The notes below the pieces were generated by a model. The model was given only the letters and a program-made list of their open reading frames with translations, searched no databases and had not been told where the DNA came from. A stretch of DNA of 64,000 bases from a virus. Position numbers and translations under genes: made by a program. The stretch spans positions 1 to 64,000 of the IMG/VR virus record IMGVR_UViG_3300037524_002016; one strand, 5' to 3'. Shown here piece after piece: positions 35,831-47,000 of this stretch. How positions within the stretch are numbered: the first letter of the stretch is position 1; each line of letters opens with the position of its first letter.

Positions 35831-38800
35831 CGTTTGCCTGTAAATACGTGAATACGTAAATCACTGATATATGGGTTTGCATTCCAGTTTGCATTTATCG
35901 AACCGAACGGCAAATTAACTGCACCAATAGACGTTGTTTCAAACCTTAACCTGAGCCAGGGTTGATAGTTAGGTGAAATAGAGAAGCTTTCAGTAAAAGT
36001 AAAGCTTGCTGAACTACCGTTCCAAGGCGCAGAGTAAAGCGGGACAGCATTACCATGTGAGCTATACCAGTTACCATTGGTATGTTGATGTTGGACAAAC
36101 ACCTTCAATTCACCGGGAGTTCCGTCAGTTAAGTTTATAGTAAAAGAAACAAATATAATACGCCTAGTGTCAATATCAGTGATGGCCACGGGCATGGCAT
36201 CTGTATAAGTGTACTGCGTGTTCCAAGTAGCGGGGGTGACGGCCAAATAACGATACTCAGTTAACGAACTACCGGCTCCACCCCAATACCACCAAACTGA
36301 TTCAGGCACTGTAACCGCATTGTTCTCGATTTTGAGTGTACTAACGGCCGCATCCTTAATGAATGCACGGGTGATAGCCGCCGACTCCATATAGACGCCG
36401 ATGTTGGTTTCGGTCATCTTATCTAACCAGGCAAACTGCTCAAACTTAGGTTGACCAGCATGCAACAATACTTTGCCTGCTCGGTTAAATATAACGAACT
36501 CGCCGCCTGCAATAGTAAAGTAACCGTCTTTGTCTATGGACCAGGTAGGAAGGCTGGGGTGGCCCCATTCACTGCCGCCAGGTGGAAACGTGTGTGTCCG
36601 ATTCGATTGAATGACATTGCCGATATAGGCATTATCAATACAACCAGCTGCAATATAGGTTCCGATGTTGCTGTCGTTAATTTTGTCAATATGGGCAAAA
36701 TCACCTAATGGCGGGGTACCTGAACTCAATACAAGCTGTCCGGCTGCATTGAACAATTCAAACAGACCACCATAAATACGTAGTTGTCCGGCTTTATTTA
36801 AAGACCAAGCCGGTAAACCAGCATCAAACGGTGACGTTGCCGTTGCCTTAATTTCATCTCCGATCAGAAGATTATTAACAGCTCCGTTGGCGATATAGGT
36901 GCCGATATTATTGGCTTGCAGTTGACCGGCCGTTGCAAAAATACCTAGACCCTGAATACGGTTAACATTCAGATTCTGACCGGAACTGAAAATGATGTTG
37001 CCGTTGGCATCGCGGATATCTAGATTCCTAGTGTCGATGTGATCCGCGGTGATGGACTTCGGCAGCATCTGCACGTTCTGCAGGGCCCCGCTGCCTACTT
37101 GAACGTTGTTGATGTAGACGCCCGGCTGCACGGTAGTGCCGTTGACCGTGGTCGGCGACGTGATCACCATCAGAGGATAGGCCGGGGCCACGGCAGCATT
37201 GCCGGGACTGATCACGGCAAACTTGTCGGCCCGGACAATGAACTCGGACGTGGGTGTGCCGTTGACTGAAGTACTGGCTAGGCCATAGCCCGTGACGTAG
37301 CCGTTGTTGTCGATCTTGACGGTGTACTGGGCTGAAAGACCACCAACAATGTTGTTGGTGGTTTGAATTGACGTGGTATGGCCGTTGACCGTCTGACTGA
37401 GAGTGGATACGGTATTGGCGGTATTGGCAGCCAAGTCCGCAGTGGTTTGAAAGGTATTTAACGTGACCCGATTTTGCAATTCATTGCCAAGGTAAAGGAA
37501 ATCACCGGTCACGCTTTGTTTGTAGTTGACATAGTCCGGCGATAACTGCAGGGTTTGGTCAAACGCTGCCTTGGTAACGGCATTGGTGGTTAGATTGCCA
37601 ACTTGGCTATTGAGCGTGCTGATGGACCCGTTAACCGAGCTTTTGAAGTTGACATAGTCAGAAGAAACCGTCAGCTTTTGATCAAAGGCGGCCTGGGTAA
37701 TTCCAATGTTGGCGACATCAGCAATATCCTGGTCAATCCGTGCGATCTCTCCGGCAACACTGGTTTTGTAGTTGACATACTCGGGCGACAACAGCAGGGT
37801 TTGATCGAAGGCGGCTTTCGTGACAGCATTAGTGTTCAGATTGCCAACCTGCGTATTCAACGTGCTGATGGAGCCATTGACTGAGGCCTTGTAGTTGACA
37901 TAGTCCGCGGCAACGACAAGCTTTTCGTCGAAGGCGGCCTGAGTAATGCCGACATTGGCAAGGTCCGCAATATCACCGTCAATCCGTTGGATTTCCCCAG
38001 AAACACTGGTCTTGTAGTTAATGTATTCTGGTGATACTTGTAAAGTTTGATCGAACGAAGCCCGGGTAATGCTGTTATTAGCCAAGTCTTGCACATCGTC
38101 AGTCAACCCTTGAATGTTGTTATTCAAGGACGTAATAGACCCATTGACCGAGGTCTTGTAGTTAACATAGTCCGAAGCAACAGACAGCCGTTGATCGAAC
38201 ACGGCCTGGGTAATGCCTGCCGCAGCGACACTTTGAATATCTCCTTCAAGCCTTGTAATCTCACCGGAGACACTGGTTTTGTAGCCTATATAGTCTGGCG
38301 ACGAGATTAGACTTTGCTCAAACTCGCTCTTGCTGAGCTTGGTGGTCTTGATGTTGTTGACATCAACGTCCACGGACTGACGCCACGACGTCAACCCAGT
38401 CAGGTACGTGTCGTGGTCTGCCGTCAGGTCCACGACCTGTTGGAACTCACTTCGAGTAACCTGTCCGGTCTTTAACCCGGTGATGTCCTGGTCGATGTCC
38501 TGGCGCCAGAACCCCAGGCTCGTGATGTACTGGGTGTGTTCGTCTGTCTTGTCGACGACCTGTTGGAACTCGTTGCGGGTCACCTGCCCGGCCGTCAAGT
38601 CTTCAAAGGTCGTGTCGATCTCACTGAATTTGGCCCAGGCCTCGTTCAGTTGATTCTGAGCATCGATCGCCAGGATCTGGGCCAAGCCCGTGATTGGCGG
38701 CACTTCCAGGTCCTGCACCCGCAGATCAAGATCGGGAATGACATCGATCTTGGCGCCCAGGTCCTGGGCCAGTTGGCTCTCCGTGATCGCCCCTTCCAGC

Positions 38801-41800
38801 AGTTCCAGGTATTTCTGGGGGTCCGGCGGGATCGTGGTCGCGACTCCGGTGGTCGGAGACGGCACGAGATCGGACAGCATCTCCTCGTAGTCGGCGTTTC
38901 GGATCCAGTAGTAATAGGTCTCGCCGGTATCCAGCCGGAGGTCGAGGACAGGCGACGACCGGTACAGGCCGATTCGGGTGGCCGTGGCGAAATCATTGGT
39001 CTGGCTCCGCCACACCTCGGTGCCGATCAAGTCCCAAGGCGCCGGGGTCGGCTGCTCCCATTTGAGTTCAGCCTGCCAAGTGTCCGGCGTCACCGTGAAG
39101 TTGAGCGGCGCCGGTGGCGGCAAGCCATCGCCGATCAGGACCCGACCCGAGAGGCCGTTCAGAAGATCGTTTGGCACCCAGGCCGAGAAGTTGCCCGAGG
39201 TGTCGACTGCGCGAATCCAGAACCAGCGGGTGCCTTGGTCGGTCACCGCCAGAAAATAAGTCGTGCCTTGGGGCCTTGCGATGAGCGTCGCCGACGCGTG
39301 GTTGTTGACCGGGGCCATCCAGATTTCGATGTGGCTCAGGTCCCGGTCCACCGGATTGTCCCAAGTCAACGTGAGACCGTTGATGGCGCGCTCGATCTGG
39401 AAGTTGGAGGGCGGCTGCGGCGGAGCGTCCTTGGCCTCGACCGTGATCGTTTGGGTGACCCAGGCCGAGACCCCGGCCCGGTTGACGGTGCGGACCCGGA
39501 CGTCGTAGGTCTTGGTCGGCAGGGCCCCGCCAATTACATACTTGAGGGTGGCTTTGCCGACGGCGACGCCGAACCAGGATGCGATTAGGTTCTCTTTCCA
39601 CTCCAGTTCGTAGTGGTCGACATTGCCGATGCCGGCCACGGCCCAGGTGGCGTGGATGTAGTAATCGACCTCACCGGTGGGTCGGACCTCGTAGAGGGCG
39701 GCAAGGCTCAGTTCGGTCGGCGCCGGGCTGGCGCCCTGGCTGTAAAGCTGGGCGACATCGTATTCCTTGTAGGCTGACCAGGAACTCCAACGGTTGTAGC
39801 GGGACAACGCCCGGGCACTGATGTAGAGGCGAGTGGCCATCGGCTGGACATTGCCGTCCACCGTCTCCAATGGCATCGGAATATTGCCGATGCGGGTCGC
39901 CAACACGTCGCCGTCCACGCTGACCGTTTGTTCGGCCAGCAACAGCAATAGGTTGTCAGGATCCGTCGTGTCGCTGACGTAGTAGCGGAGTTCCACCCGG
40001 GCAATCGGTACCCCGGAGTTGGTGTAGCTTCCGGCTAGGTCGTAGTCACGGACGCTGGAGGTGGACAGCAACCAGGCCACCCAAACTTCGGTCAATGGCA
40101 TGCCGGAGGCCGAGAACGCCACGGTCGTGCCATCGCCCCAGATGCGGGTGATCACCGGCGGCTGCGGGTTCAACATCTCCGGCGGGACGCTGATGACCGC
40201 GTCGAAAGAGGCGTAATCAGCCGAGTCAGTAGCCAAAGCCTCGGCGGCCGGTACTAGGCTGAGGGTGGCCGAGAGATCGGCCCTGTAATCGATCTGGGCG
40301 ACCTTAGCAAGCAGGGTATCCTTGGTGGACTGGCCGAAGGTCAGCAGGTCACCGACATTGATCCCGGTCACCGGCGGGCTGAAGGTCAGGGTCCGGGAAG
40401 TCTTCTCCGGCTCGCCGGCGGAGGCGATATTGACCACGTTGGCGAGGCGCAAGGTCACGTTGTCGCGGCCGGCTGCATCCGGCGTCCGGATGCGGGCGAC
40501 GTAGGGCACCGGAGTTGGTGCGCCAGGGGCGGAGTAGGTGAACGTGATCTCTTCGTCGACCACAGCGCTGGTCGCTTCGCCGTTGACGTTGAAGGTCAAC
40601 CCCACAATACGGGTGTTGTGGAGACCGATAAGCATCGCGTCGTTGGCGATGCGGACGCAACTGCCGCGATGGACGGCCAAGCATTCGAAGTCCACGTCCA
40701 GGGTGTAGGTCTCCGGGCGCAACCGCATGGTGTTCAGGAAGTATTTGCCGTGCCGCTTGGCCAAGGCCATGTCGGTCACGCCCTGGGTTTCCAACAGTTC
40801 CCAGGTGCGTGCGGTGGCCTCGGTCTTTTCGAAGGCATAGACCACGATCTCGGTGTCGGTCCACACGTTCTTGTCGATGTAGCGGACCCGGAGAGCCTCG
40901 GGCTGCTTCGCAAAGCGCTTCTCCATCCGAAAGTTGCGGCTGTTGCGCGGCGTGAACTGTTGGACCGGAACGAAGTTGTCGAGATAGGGCGCCTGGGGGC
41001 CTTTGAACTCGCGAATGACGCTGAACTGGCCGTTGGCGTTCAAGTGCCAGCCGGCAAAGCCGGTCTTACAGATCGCGGCGGCCCGCTCCAGTTCGGTCTC
41101 CTCGGTGGTGTGGTACCAGTTGTAGGTGACCTTTTCACGGGCACACCAATCCGCCCAGTCCGCCAACTCGGACAGGTCCAGTTGAGCATCGGTGATCGGG
41201 TACTGCAGTTGCGGGCCCTTAAGCGAGTCCGCATAGATCCAGGCCGGGTTGCAGGTGGCCTGAGTCACCCAGGTGCCGGAACCCGGCTGATAGACCGGCA
41301 GACAGGAGGTGCCGACGACAGCCACCTCGTCGACCTGTCCATTCAACTGCCGCGTGTCCTTGATGGCAATCATCATCAGGACGGCGTTGTCACCCCCGTT
41401 GTAGTTGGTGATGCGCCAGGGCTCGTTGTCAGGACTGAGAGCCTTGTAGTTCCGCATGGCCACCAAGGTGGTATTGGAAACGATCGCAGCATTGCCGGCA
41501 ATGAACGTCGACAGGCGGGTAATTTCAACGTCCCACTTACCGGCCGACGGAAAGACAATACGGGGGTTAAAGTGGCGTGGATTGTGAAACTTGCCAGTCA
41601 CCTCATAGTAGTTGGCATTACCAAACTGAACTACCTGGTAAGCAGAGAACGGCTGCCCGTCCTGTTTGATGCGAAAACGGAAACGAACCCCTGACTGGTC
41701 TTCCTTGCCGTCGCCGTCAACGCAGTAGAGCGCCGAGATCACGAGGTCGAAGCGGGCTTCGACCGTGTCTGGTATCGTCGAGATTTGCTGTGATTCTTGC

Positions 41801-42768
41801 GGGCTGTCATTGAGCCAGCCCTGAAAAGGAGTGGGTTTGTCGGCGCCTTGGCGGGGGAAATCCCGAGACAGGTTGTCCTGGTAAGTGTCTCGCAGCAGTT
41901 TTTGCAGCAGCGGTTGGCGTGTTTGCCGCAACTGGCTCCAGTGGCCTATCTCCCAGCGGACCCCGGAAAACTCGGAAAGGTCTGTGTTGCCCATGGTGAG
42001 GTGACCAGACCGAAGGGCCGTCGGACTGATGGCAATATCGCCCGGCCCCAGAATGTTGTTGGAGTAACTGGGTCGCTTGAACACCAATTTCGGATGCAGG
42101 GTCCCGGTCAACGGATCCTTGCCGACCGTGTAGCCTCCGGTGACCGTGCCATCGTCATTGACCGTGCCGTTGATGTTGAGGGGGCCGTAGCCGAGGCAGA
42201 CAATGAAAAGCAGCCACTGGCTTTCCTCGTCGCTTTCCGTAATGTAGTTGCAGGCCAGCGGCGGGATCATCCGATAGTTGCCATACAGTTTCGGCATCGG
42301 CTCGTAGCGGGCCGGTTGGTTGGCACCGCTGTTGAGAGCCGAATAGCGGCCACTCTGCGTGAATCCGCCGCTGTTGCCGACTGTCGGATTTTGCGGACGG
42401 ATCAGTGCCGGCAGCATCATCAATGCCGTCAGGCCAACGGTCATCACCACGTTGGTCACGGCCGTGGCGGCAAGGATCGCCATGGACGAAGCACCGATGG
42501 CGACCATGGCAGAATCAACCGCTGCCACGGCAACGGCAACGATGGCCGCCTTGGCCGGTCCCCGCGGCAGGTTCACCGCCGTCACTAGGTCGCCATCGAT
42601 CGGATAGGTGTCAGCCCAGTGCTCATGCGGCAGCGGGTCGCCGTTGATGGCGACTTCGACGGTCGGGTAGACAGTGCCGAGGATCTCGGCCACGGACAAG
42701 CCGGGCTCAACTTCCGCGGTGTAGGCCTCGCGTTCGAGGACGTTGAAGACGGCGACGACGTTAATCAT
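35827..42768 (-). CDS. central tail fiber / host-specificity protein (lambda J-like) with FnIII, coiled-coil repeats and DUF1983-like domain
   Basis: P.LYG...LGYGP, T.NPAW...D, FnIII modules, AQYTVKID.NGYVTGYGL...F.VRADKFAV. Confidence 0.88.
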   Translation of the reverse strand: MINVVAVFNVLEREAYTAEVEPGLSVAEILGTVYPTVEVAINGDPLPHEHWADTYPIDGDLVTAVNLPRGPAKAAIVAVAVAAVDSAMVAIGASSMAILAATAVTNVVMTVGLTALMMLPALIRPQNPTVGNSGGFTQSGRYSALNSGANQPARYEPMPKLYGNYRMIPPLACNYITESDEESQWLLFIVCLGYGPLNINGTVNDDGTVTGGYTVGKDPLTGTLHPKLVFKRPSYSNNILGPGDIAISPTALRSGHLTMGNTDLSEFSGVRWEIGHWSQLRQTRQPLLQKLLRDTYQDNLSRDFPRQGADKPTPFQGWLNDSPQESQQISTIPDTVEARFDLVISALYCVDGDGKEDQSGVRFRFRIKQDGQPFSAYQVVQFGNANYYEVTGKFHNPRHFNPRIVFPSAGKWDVEITRLSTFIAGNAAIVSNTTLVAMRNYKALSPDNEPWRITNYNGGDNAVLMMIAIKDTRQLNGQVDEVAVVGTSCLPVYQPGSGTWVTQATCNPAWIYADSLKGPQLQYPITDAQLDLSELADWADWCAREKVTYNWYHTTEETELERAAAICKTGFAGWHLNANGQFSVIREFKGPQAPYLDNFVPVQQFTPRNSRNFRMEKRFAKQPEALRVRYIDKNVWTDTEIVVYAFEKTEATARTWELLETQGVTDMALAKRHGKYFLNTMRLRPETYTLDVDFECLAVHRGSCVRIANDAMLIGLHNTRIVGLTFNVNGEATSAVVDEEITFTYSAPGAPTPVPYVARIRTPDAAGRDNVTLRLANVVNIASAGEPEKTSRTLTFSPPVTGINVGDLLTFGQSTKDTLLAKVAQIDYRADLSATLSLVPAAEALATDSADYASFDAVISVPPEMLNPQPPVITRIWGDGTTVAFSASGMPLTEVWVAWLLSTSSVRDYDLAGSYTNSGVPIARVELRYYVSDTTDPDNLLLLLAEQTVSVDGDVLATRIGNIPMPLETVDGNVQPMATRLYISARALSRYNRWSSWSAYKEYDVAQLYSQGASPAPTELSLAALYEVRPTGEVDYYIHATWAVAGIGNVDHYELEWKENLIASWFGVAVGKATLKYVIGGALPTKTYDVRVRTVNRAGVSAWVTQTITVEAKDAPPQPPSNFQIERAINGLTLTWDNPVDRDLSHIEIWMAPVNNHASATLIARPQGTTYFLAVTDQGTRWFWIRAVDTSGNFSAWVPNDLLNGLSGRVLIGDGLPPPAPLNFTVTPDTWQAELKWEQPTPAPWDLIGTEVWRSQTNDFATATRIGLYRSSPVLDLRLDTGETYYYWIRNADYEEMLSDLVPSPTTGVATTIPPDPQKYLELLEGAITESQLAQDLGAKIDVIPDLDLRVQDLEVPPITGLAQILAIDAQNQLNEAWAKFSEIDTTFEDLTAGQVTRNEFQQVVDKTDEHTQYITSLGFWRQDIDQDITGLKTGQVTRSEFQQVVDLTADHDTYLTGLTSWRQSVDVDVNNIKTTKLSKSEFEQSLISSPDYIGYKTSVSGEITRLEGDIQSVAAAGITQAVFDQRLSVASDYVNYKTSVNGSITSLNNNIQGLTDDVQDLANNSITRASFDQTLQVSPEYINYKTSVSGEIQRIDGDIADLANVGITQAAFDEKLVVAADYVNYKASVNGSISTLNTQVGNLNTNAVTKAAFDQTLLLSPEYVNYKTSVAGEIARIDQDIADVANIGITQAAFDQKLTVSSDYVNFKSSVNGSISTLNSQVGNLTTNAVTKAAFDQTLQLSPDYVNYKQSVTGDFLYLGNELQNRVTLNTFQTTADLAANTANTVSTLSQTVNGHTTSIQTTNNIVGGLSAQYTVKIDNNGYVTGYGLASTSVNGTPTSEFIVRADKFAVISPGNAAVAPAYPLMVITSPTTVNGTTVQPGVYINNVQVGSGALQNVQMLPKSITADHIDTRNLDIRDANGNIIFSSGQNLNVNRIQGLGIFATAGQLQANNIGTYIANGAVNNLLIGDEIKATATSPFDAGLPAWSLNKAGQLRIYGGLFELFNAAGQLVLSSGTPPLGDFAHIDKINDSNIGTYIAAGCIDNAYIGNVIQSNRTHTFPPGGSEWGHPSLPTWSIDKDGYFTIAGGEFVIFNRAGKVLLHAGQPKFEQFAWLDKMTETNIGVYMESAAITRAFIKDAAVSTLKIENNAVTVPESVWWYWGGAGSSLTEYRYLAVTPATWNTQYTYTDAMPVAITDIDTRRIIFVSFTINLTDGTPGELKVFVQHQHTNGNWYSSHGNAVPLYSAPWNGSSASFTFTESFSISPNYQPWLRLRFETTSIGAVNLPFGSINANWNANPYISDLRIHVFTGKR
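37480..38600 (-). repeat. about nine ~41-aa coding repeats in the central fiber
   Basis: Recurring T.A.FDQ.L....DYVNYK.SV.G.I..L units in the translation. Confidence 0.85.
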
Positions 42769-43163
42769 TTGGGCCAGTAAAATCCGTCAGGTTTTTTTCG
42801 AAAGGCGTCCACCGCTTCTTTCACGGCGGCCTTGCCGCGCTCCACATGCAGCATCTGGCGGTCATCGACCATGACCCCACAATGCAGGCAACCGTAGGGG
42901 AAGCTAAACAGCACGACAGCGAACGGTCGGGGCTCTTCGATGCGGGTCCAGAGCGGTTCGAAGGTCGTCCAGGCGGCCGAGACCCCGGCGCCGACCTCGG
43001 CCGACTCATAGTGCTCGGTGTAGCTGGGCATCCAGATGCCGAGTTGCTCGCCCAGGACCAAGCGGGCCAAGCCATAACAATCGCAACCATCCCAGGTTCG
43101 GCCCTTGTCGACGAACGGGATGCCGATGTAAGGTGCCCACCAGAGGCGGTCCGGCTCAGGCAT
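42765..43163 (-). CDS. NlpC/P60 tail tip protein
   Basis: YIGIPF...GR...GCDCYGL...HCGV......MLH. Confidence 0.88.
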   Translation of the reverse strand: MPEPDRLWWAPYIGIPFVDKGRTWDGCDCYGLARLVLGEQLGIWMPSYTEHYESAEVGAGVSAAWTTFEPLWTRIEEPRPFAVVLFSFPYGCLHCGVMVDDRQMLHVERGKAAVKEAVDAFRKKPDGFYWPK

Positions 43164-43644
43164 AAAGCCCCGGCGCCAGATTGGGCGTGAACTTGTGGAT
43201 GACCGCTGGCTCGTTGAGGAAGTCCACCCGGTAGCCGAGCGTGCCCTCGATGACGAAGGCGTCGGCCGAGACCGACAACAGGGAGTAGACCGTGGGCCCA
43301 AATTCACGGACCACGCCGGTGCCGATGCGAAAGATCTCGACCGTAATCACCGGGGCATCGTTGACGTTGGCGGCTCTGATGGCGGCGATCAGGTCGCGGC
43401 TGACGTTGTCGGCCCGGATTTGAGCTTTAGGTACAGTGTCTTCGTTGTCCTGGGCCAGGGTGAAATCAAACGGCGCCGCCCGGTAAATTTGACCGCCGTA
43501 GACCACGTCCTCGGTGTTGGCGATCATCCGAAAGGTTTCGCCGGACGCGCCTTCTGGCGGAGCAAAGGTAATGCCGACCGTCCAGACGTCGGCCGTCTGC
43601 TCGGCAAACATGGAACGAATGCCGTCAATGGAAACTGCAGGCAT
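43156..43644 (-). CDS. DUF1833-like tail tip protein
   Basis: Y.AAPFDF.L......P...I..DNVSR...LNEP.....FTP...PGL. Confidence 0.8.
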   Translation of the reverse strand: MPAVSIDGIRSMFAEQTADVWTVGITFAPPEGASGETFRMIANTEDVVYGGQIYRAAPFDFTLAQDNEDTVPKAQIRADNVSRDLIAAIRAANVNDAPVITVEIFRIGTGVVREFGPTVYSLLSVSADAFVIEGTLGYRVDFLNEPAVIHKFTPNLAPGLYA

Positions 43645-44009
43645 TACTGGGTGACTCCAAGGAGGAAACGGGGGAACGACACCCGCCAGCGGTCGTCCTT
43701 TTCCGGGTCCGGTTCTTGAATCCAGGGCTCCGGGATTCGAGCCAACACCGTGGTACCGCGCCAGGGGTGGGTGAAATCGAACGCCAGTGCCCCGCCTTTG
43801 AGGTCGTTGCGCCAAAAGGTGTCGAAGGCGACGAATTGGGTTGACGACATCAGGATCGTGAAACTGGCTTCCTCCGGCACCGCGGTGGAGCGGCGCCGGT
43901 ATTTGGGTGGGCCGGCGTCGACCTCGGACACGATCACGTTGTTGCCGGGCTGGCAGCGCCAGCTATTGCGAACCGGCATGCGGGGAACCGTGTTGGGCCA
44001 GGCTGGCAT
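43644..44009 (-). CDS. distal tail / minor tail protein
   Basis: WP..P...S..DAGPPK.RRRST...F..FW...L..G...F....P; immediately follows the tape measure. Confidence 0.8.
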   Translation of the reverse strand: MPAWPNTVPRMPVRNSWRCQPGNNVIVSEVDAGPPKYRRRSTAVPEEASFTILMSSTQFVAFDTFWRNDLKGGALAFDFTHPWRGTTVLARIPEPWIQEPDPEKDDRWRVSFPRFLLGVTQ

Positions 44010-44012
44010 GTG

Positions 44013-47000
44013 TTATCTCCTGATCGGGGGTCGACGGGTGCCCATGTTGACGGCGTGGGTCCGGTCCATAGAACCGCTGGAAAACTCGGACTTCATGGCC
44101 TCGCGCACAAAGACGCGGAGTTCTTCCTTGCCGCCGGGCTGTTTCCGGCGTTGCACCTCCATGTCAGGTGCGGAAGCGGATCGCTGGTCAATGATTTGGA
44201 CGTCCACCGGGCTGCCATTATAACCCGACTGTGAAGATGTGGACGGCGCACCCGAGAGCATTCCACCGCGCGCGAACTTGCCTTGGAGCGCTCCCCGGTT
44301 GACCCGGTTGATGAAGTCCGGGCCCAGCATCTTGGTGGCCTTGGCGTTGAGGATGGCTTCCTCGGTCGAGACCGCGATGTAGCCCTTGACGGTGCGGCCC
44401 TGGGTGAGCAGAGCCGGGATCGAGTCCGACGTCGGGGTGCCCTTGCCCTTAATGATGCCGCCGACTCCGCGGGTGAGGCCGCCGCCTGCGAACTTGGCGA
44501 GCACCGGCTCCGCGGCGACCTGGACTTCGTCCAGGACTTTGCCAGTGGCGAACTTGCCGAGCGGTTTACCGGCCGGAAGCTCGTTGAGGACCGCGCCGTC
44601 CCGGGCAAATAGCCCGACAATGGAACTGAAGATGCCGGCCCCACTGCTGCCGCCACCGCCGCTGAACAGCCCGCCGACCGCATTGACGATGCCGCCACCG
44701 CCGCTGAACAGCCCGCCGACCGCATTGACGATGCCGCCGAGGCCGCCGATCAGGACGCTGGCGAGGGTCGAAAAGAAGCCGTTGTTGCCGTTGAGGAAGC
44801 CGGTGACGCTCTTCTCAACGGCACCGAAGCCATTCTTGAAGGTGTCAGCGATGCCCGTGAAGGCCTGTTCCGAGGCTTCCTTGACGCCGGGCTCACCACC
44901 CTGGCCCTTGGCCCCGCCCTTGCCCGTGAAGCCGCCCAGGATCGATTCCGCGAGGCTTCCGAAGATGCCCTTGTAGATCTGGCTGGAGATTCCGGAAAGG
45001 AGATCCCGGCCGATCTGCTCGAAGGTTCCGGCCGTGCCTTCAGCGTTGGGCGAGGACGAACTGGTGGTGGTCTGCCGGGTGCGGCGCAGTTTGAAGCGGG
45101 AGGTGTCGCCCTTGGTATAGATGTCGCCACGTGCCGGTCCTACGGTGCCCACCGTATTGGGTTCGACGGACCACTCCTCGGTGGAATCCGACCGTTCCGA
45201 GACCGTCTTCTGCTTGGTCTGGAACATGGCCGCACCCAGCGCATCGGCCACCCGACGAGTCGCGGCACCGAACTCGTCGGCGATGTTGGCCGCCATGTCG
45301 AACATCGTGCCGAGGTTGCGGCGGAGCGCATCCCGCAGGCGGTCCGCGGAGAAGCCTTCCGCGAGCGCCTGGGTGAAAGACATGTTGAGCCGGTCGGACT
45401 CGGCTGAGAGTTCGGCAAAGCGCTGACCGAGTTCCCGCAACCGGTTGTTGAGGTTGATGACAGCCGTGCTGTCAGCGCCTTGGGTGCGGATGGCCTCATC
45501 GCGCAGCCGGATCTTTTCCTGGATCGAGCGCTCGGTCAGCAGTTGTTCGCTGACGATCTGCTCCCGCCGCCGTTCTGGCGTGATTTCCAACCCCATGCCG
45601 GTGCGGTAGATGTCCTCCGGTTGGGTGATGGTACTGATGCCCTGCTGGTAGCGGCGCTCCTCCCGGTCGATTCGATTCGCCAAAAAGACACGACGCTCGT
45701 TTTCCACCAACTGCTTGCGGGCCTGCCACTCCTTCTGGGCCAGTTCGCGGTTGTTGTTGTCGAGCAGGTCCTTTTCGTACTGCGCATCGGCCTGGCGCTC
45801 CAGGAGACGAATGTAGGTCTCCTGGTGTTTCTCGACCTCGGCCGTGTTGTAGAGGCCCTGGGCGGCAAACTCGTACGAGCGCTTGGCGGCTTCCACCTCC
45901 TTGGCCAGGGTCTCCAGGTTGGTAGCAACCAACTCACGCCGACGCTTGTCCTCGATCTCCAGCCGTTGTTCCGCAAGTTTGCGGATGGCCGATTCCCGGG
46001 CAGAGATAGTCTGGACGACATCGTTCTTACGCTGGGCTTCGGTCGCCGGGTTGGCCTGGGACGGAACCGCCTTGACGGTGTTTTCATACTCGGTCAGCCG
46101 GGCCTGGGCCTTTTGCACATTGGCGTCGGCAATGGCCAATTGTTCACGGGCAATCTGACCCAACAAACCCTTGGCCTGCAGCAACTGCTTGACGACCTCG
46201 TCAAGCCCGAGTTGGGTGTCGAGCGGCTGCGGGGTCGGACCCAGGAGGGCGGTGTAGTCTTTTTTCTTTTCCGCCTCGGCAATCTGAGATCGCACCTCGG
46301 CGCCGACAAACGGCTTGGGGTAGAGCCGGAGCGCCTGGGGACCGCGCTCACGCACGAAGCGATCGTAGGCGGCCTCCTGGCTCAGACGTTGATCAGCCAG
46401 ACGCCGAGTGGTCTTCTCCAGTTCGATCTCGGCCTTGACGACGTTCTCCGCCAGAGTCCGGCGCTCTTCGTCGCTGACGGGCAGGTTCTCGCTGCGCTTC
46501 TGGGTGCGCTTGGCGTAGTCGACCCGTTCCTGGGCCAACCTCAGTTCGACCTTGGCGAGGTCGGCCAGGGCACTCTGCGGGGCCACCAACTGGGCGCGAA
46601 CGTCGTCCAGGTTGGTGTCTGGATTGAGGTAGGATGAGCCCTGTCCAAAGAGCCCCACCCAGTCGCGCTTGGCAACCGCCGACTGCACTCTGATGTCGGC
46701 CAGTTCCCGTTGCCGCATCGTCTCGACCGGCTCGACGAACGGCCGACGCAACTGGTCGATGTCAGCCTGGCGTTGGTTGGCCGCCAGGACACTGGCCTCG
46801 GTGACAGTCTTCTTGAGGGTAGTCAGGAACGAGCTTTCCGCGAGGCGTTCACGGGCCGCGGGCGCTTGCTGAGCACCTTGCTGGGTCGCCAGCAGGTATG
46901 CGTTCTGGGCATACATCTGACGCTTTTGGGTCTGCGGGTCGCCAGCCCGCTCCACATACTTGGCGAAGATGACTGCCTTGTCCTCAACGCTTTGGGCGCG

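Noticed and set aside
35827-36400. Diversity-generating retroelement target at the fiber tip
   Set aside because: No reverse transcriptase and no template/variable repeat pair visible in this window
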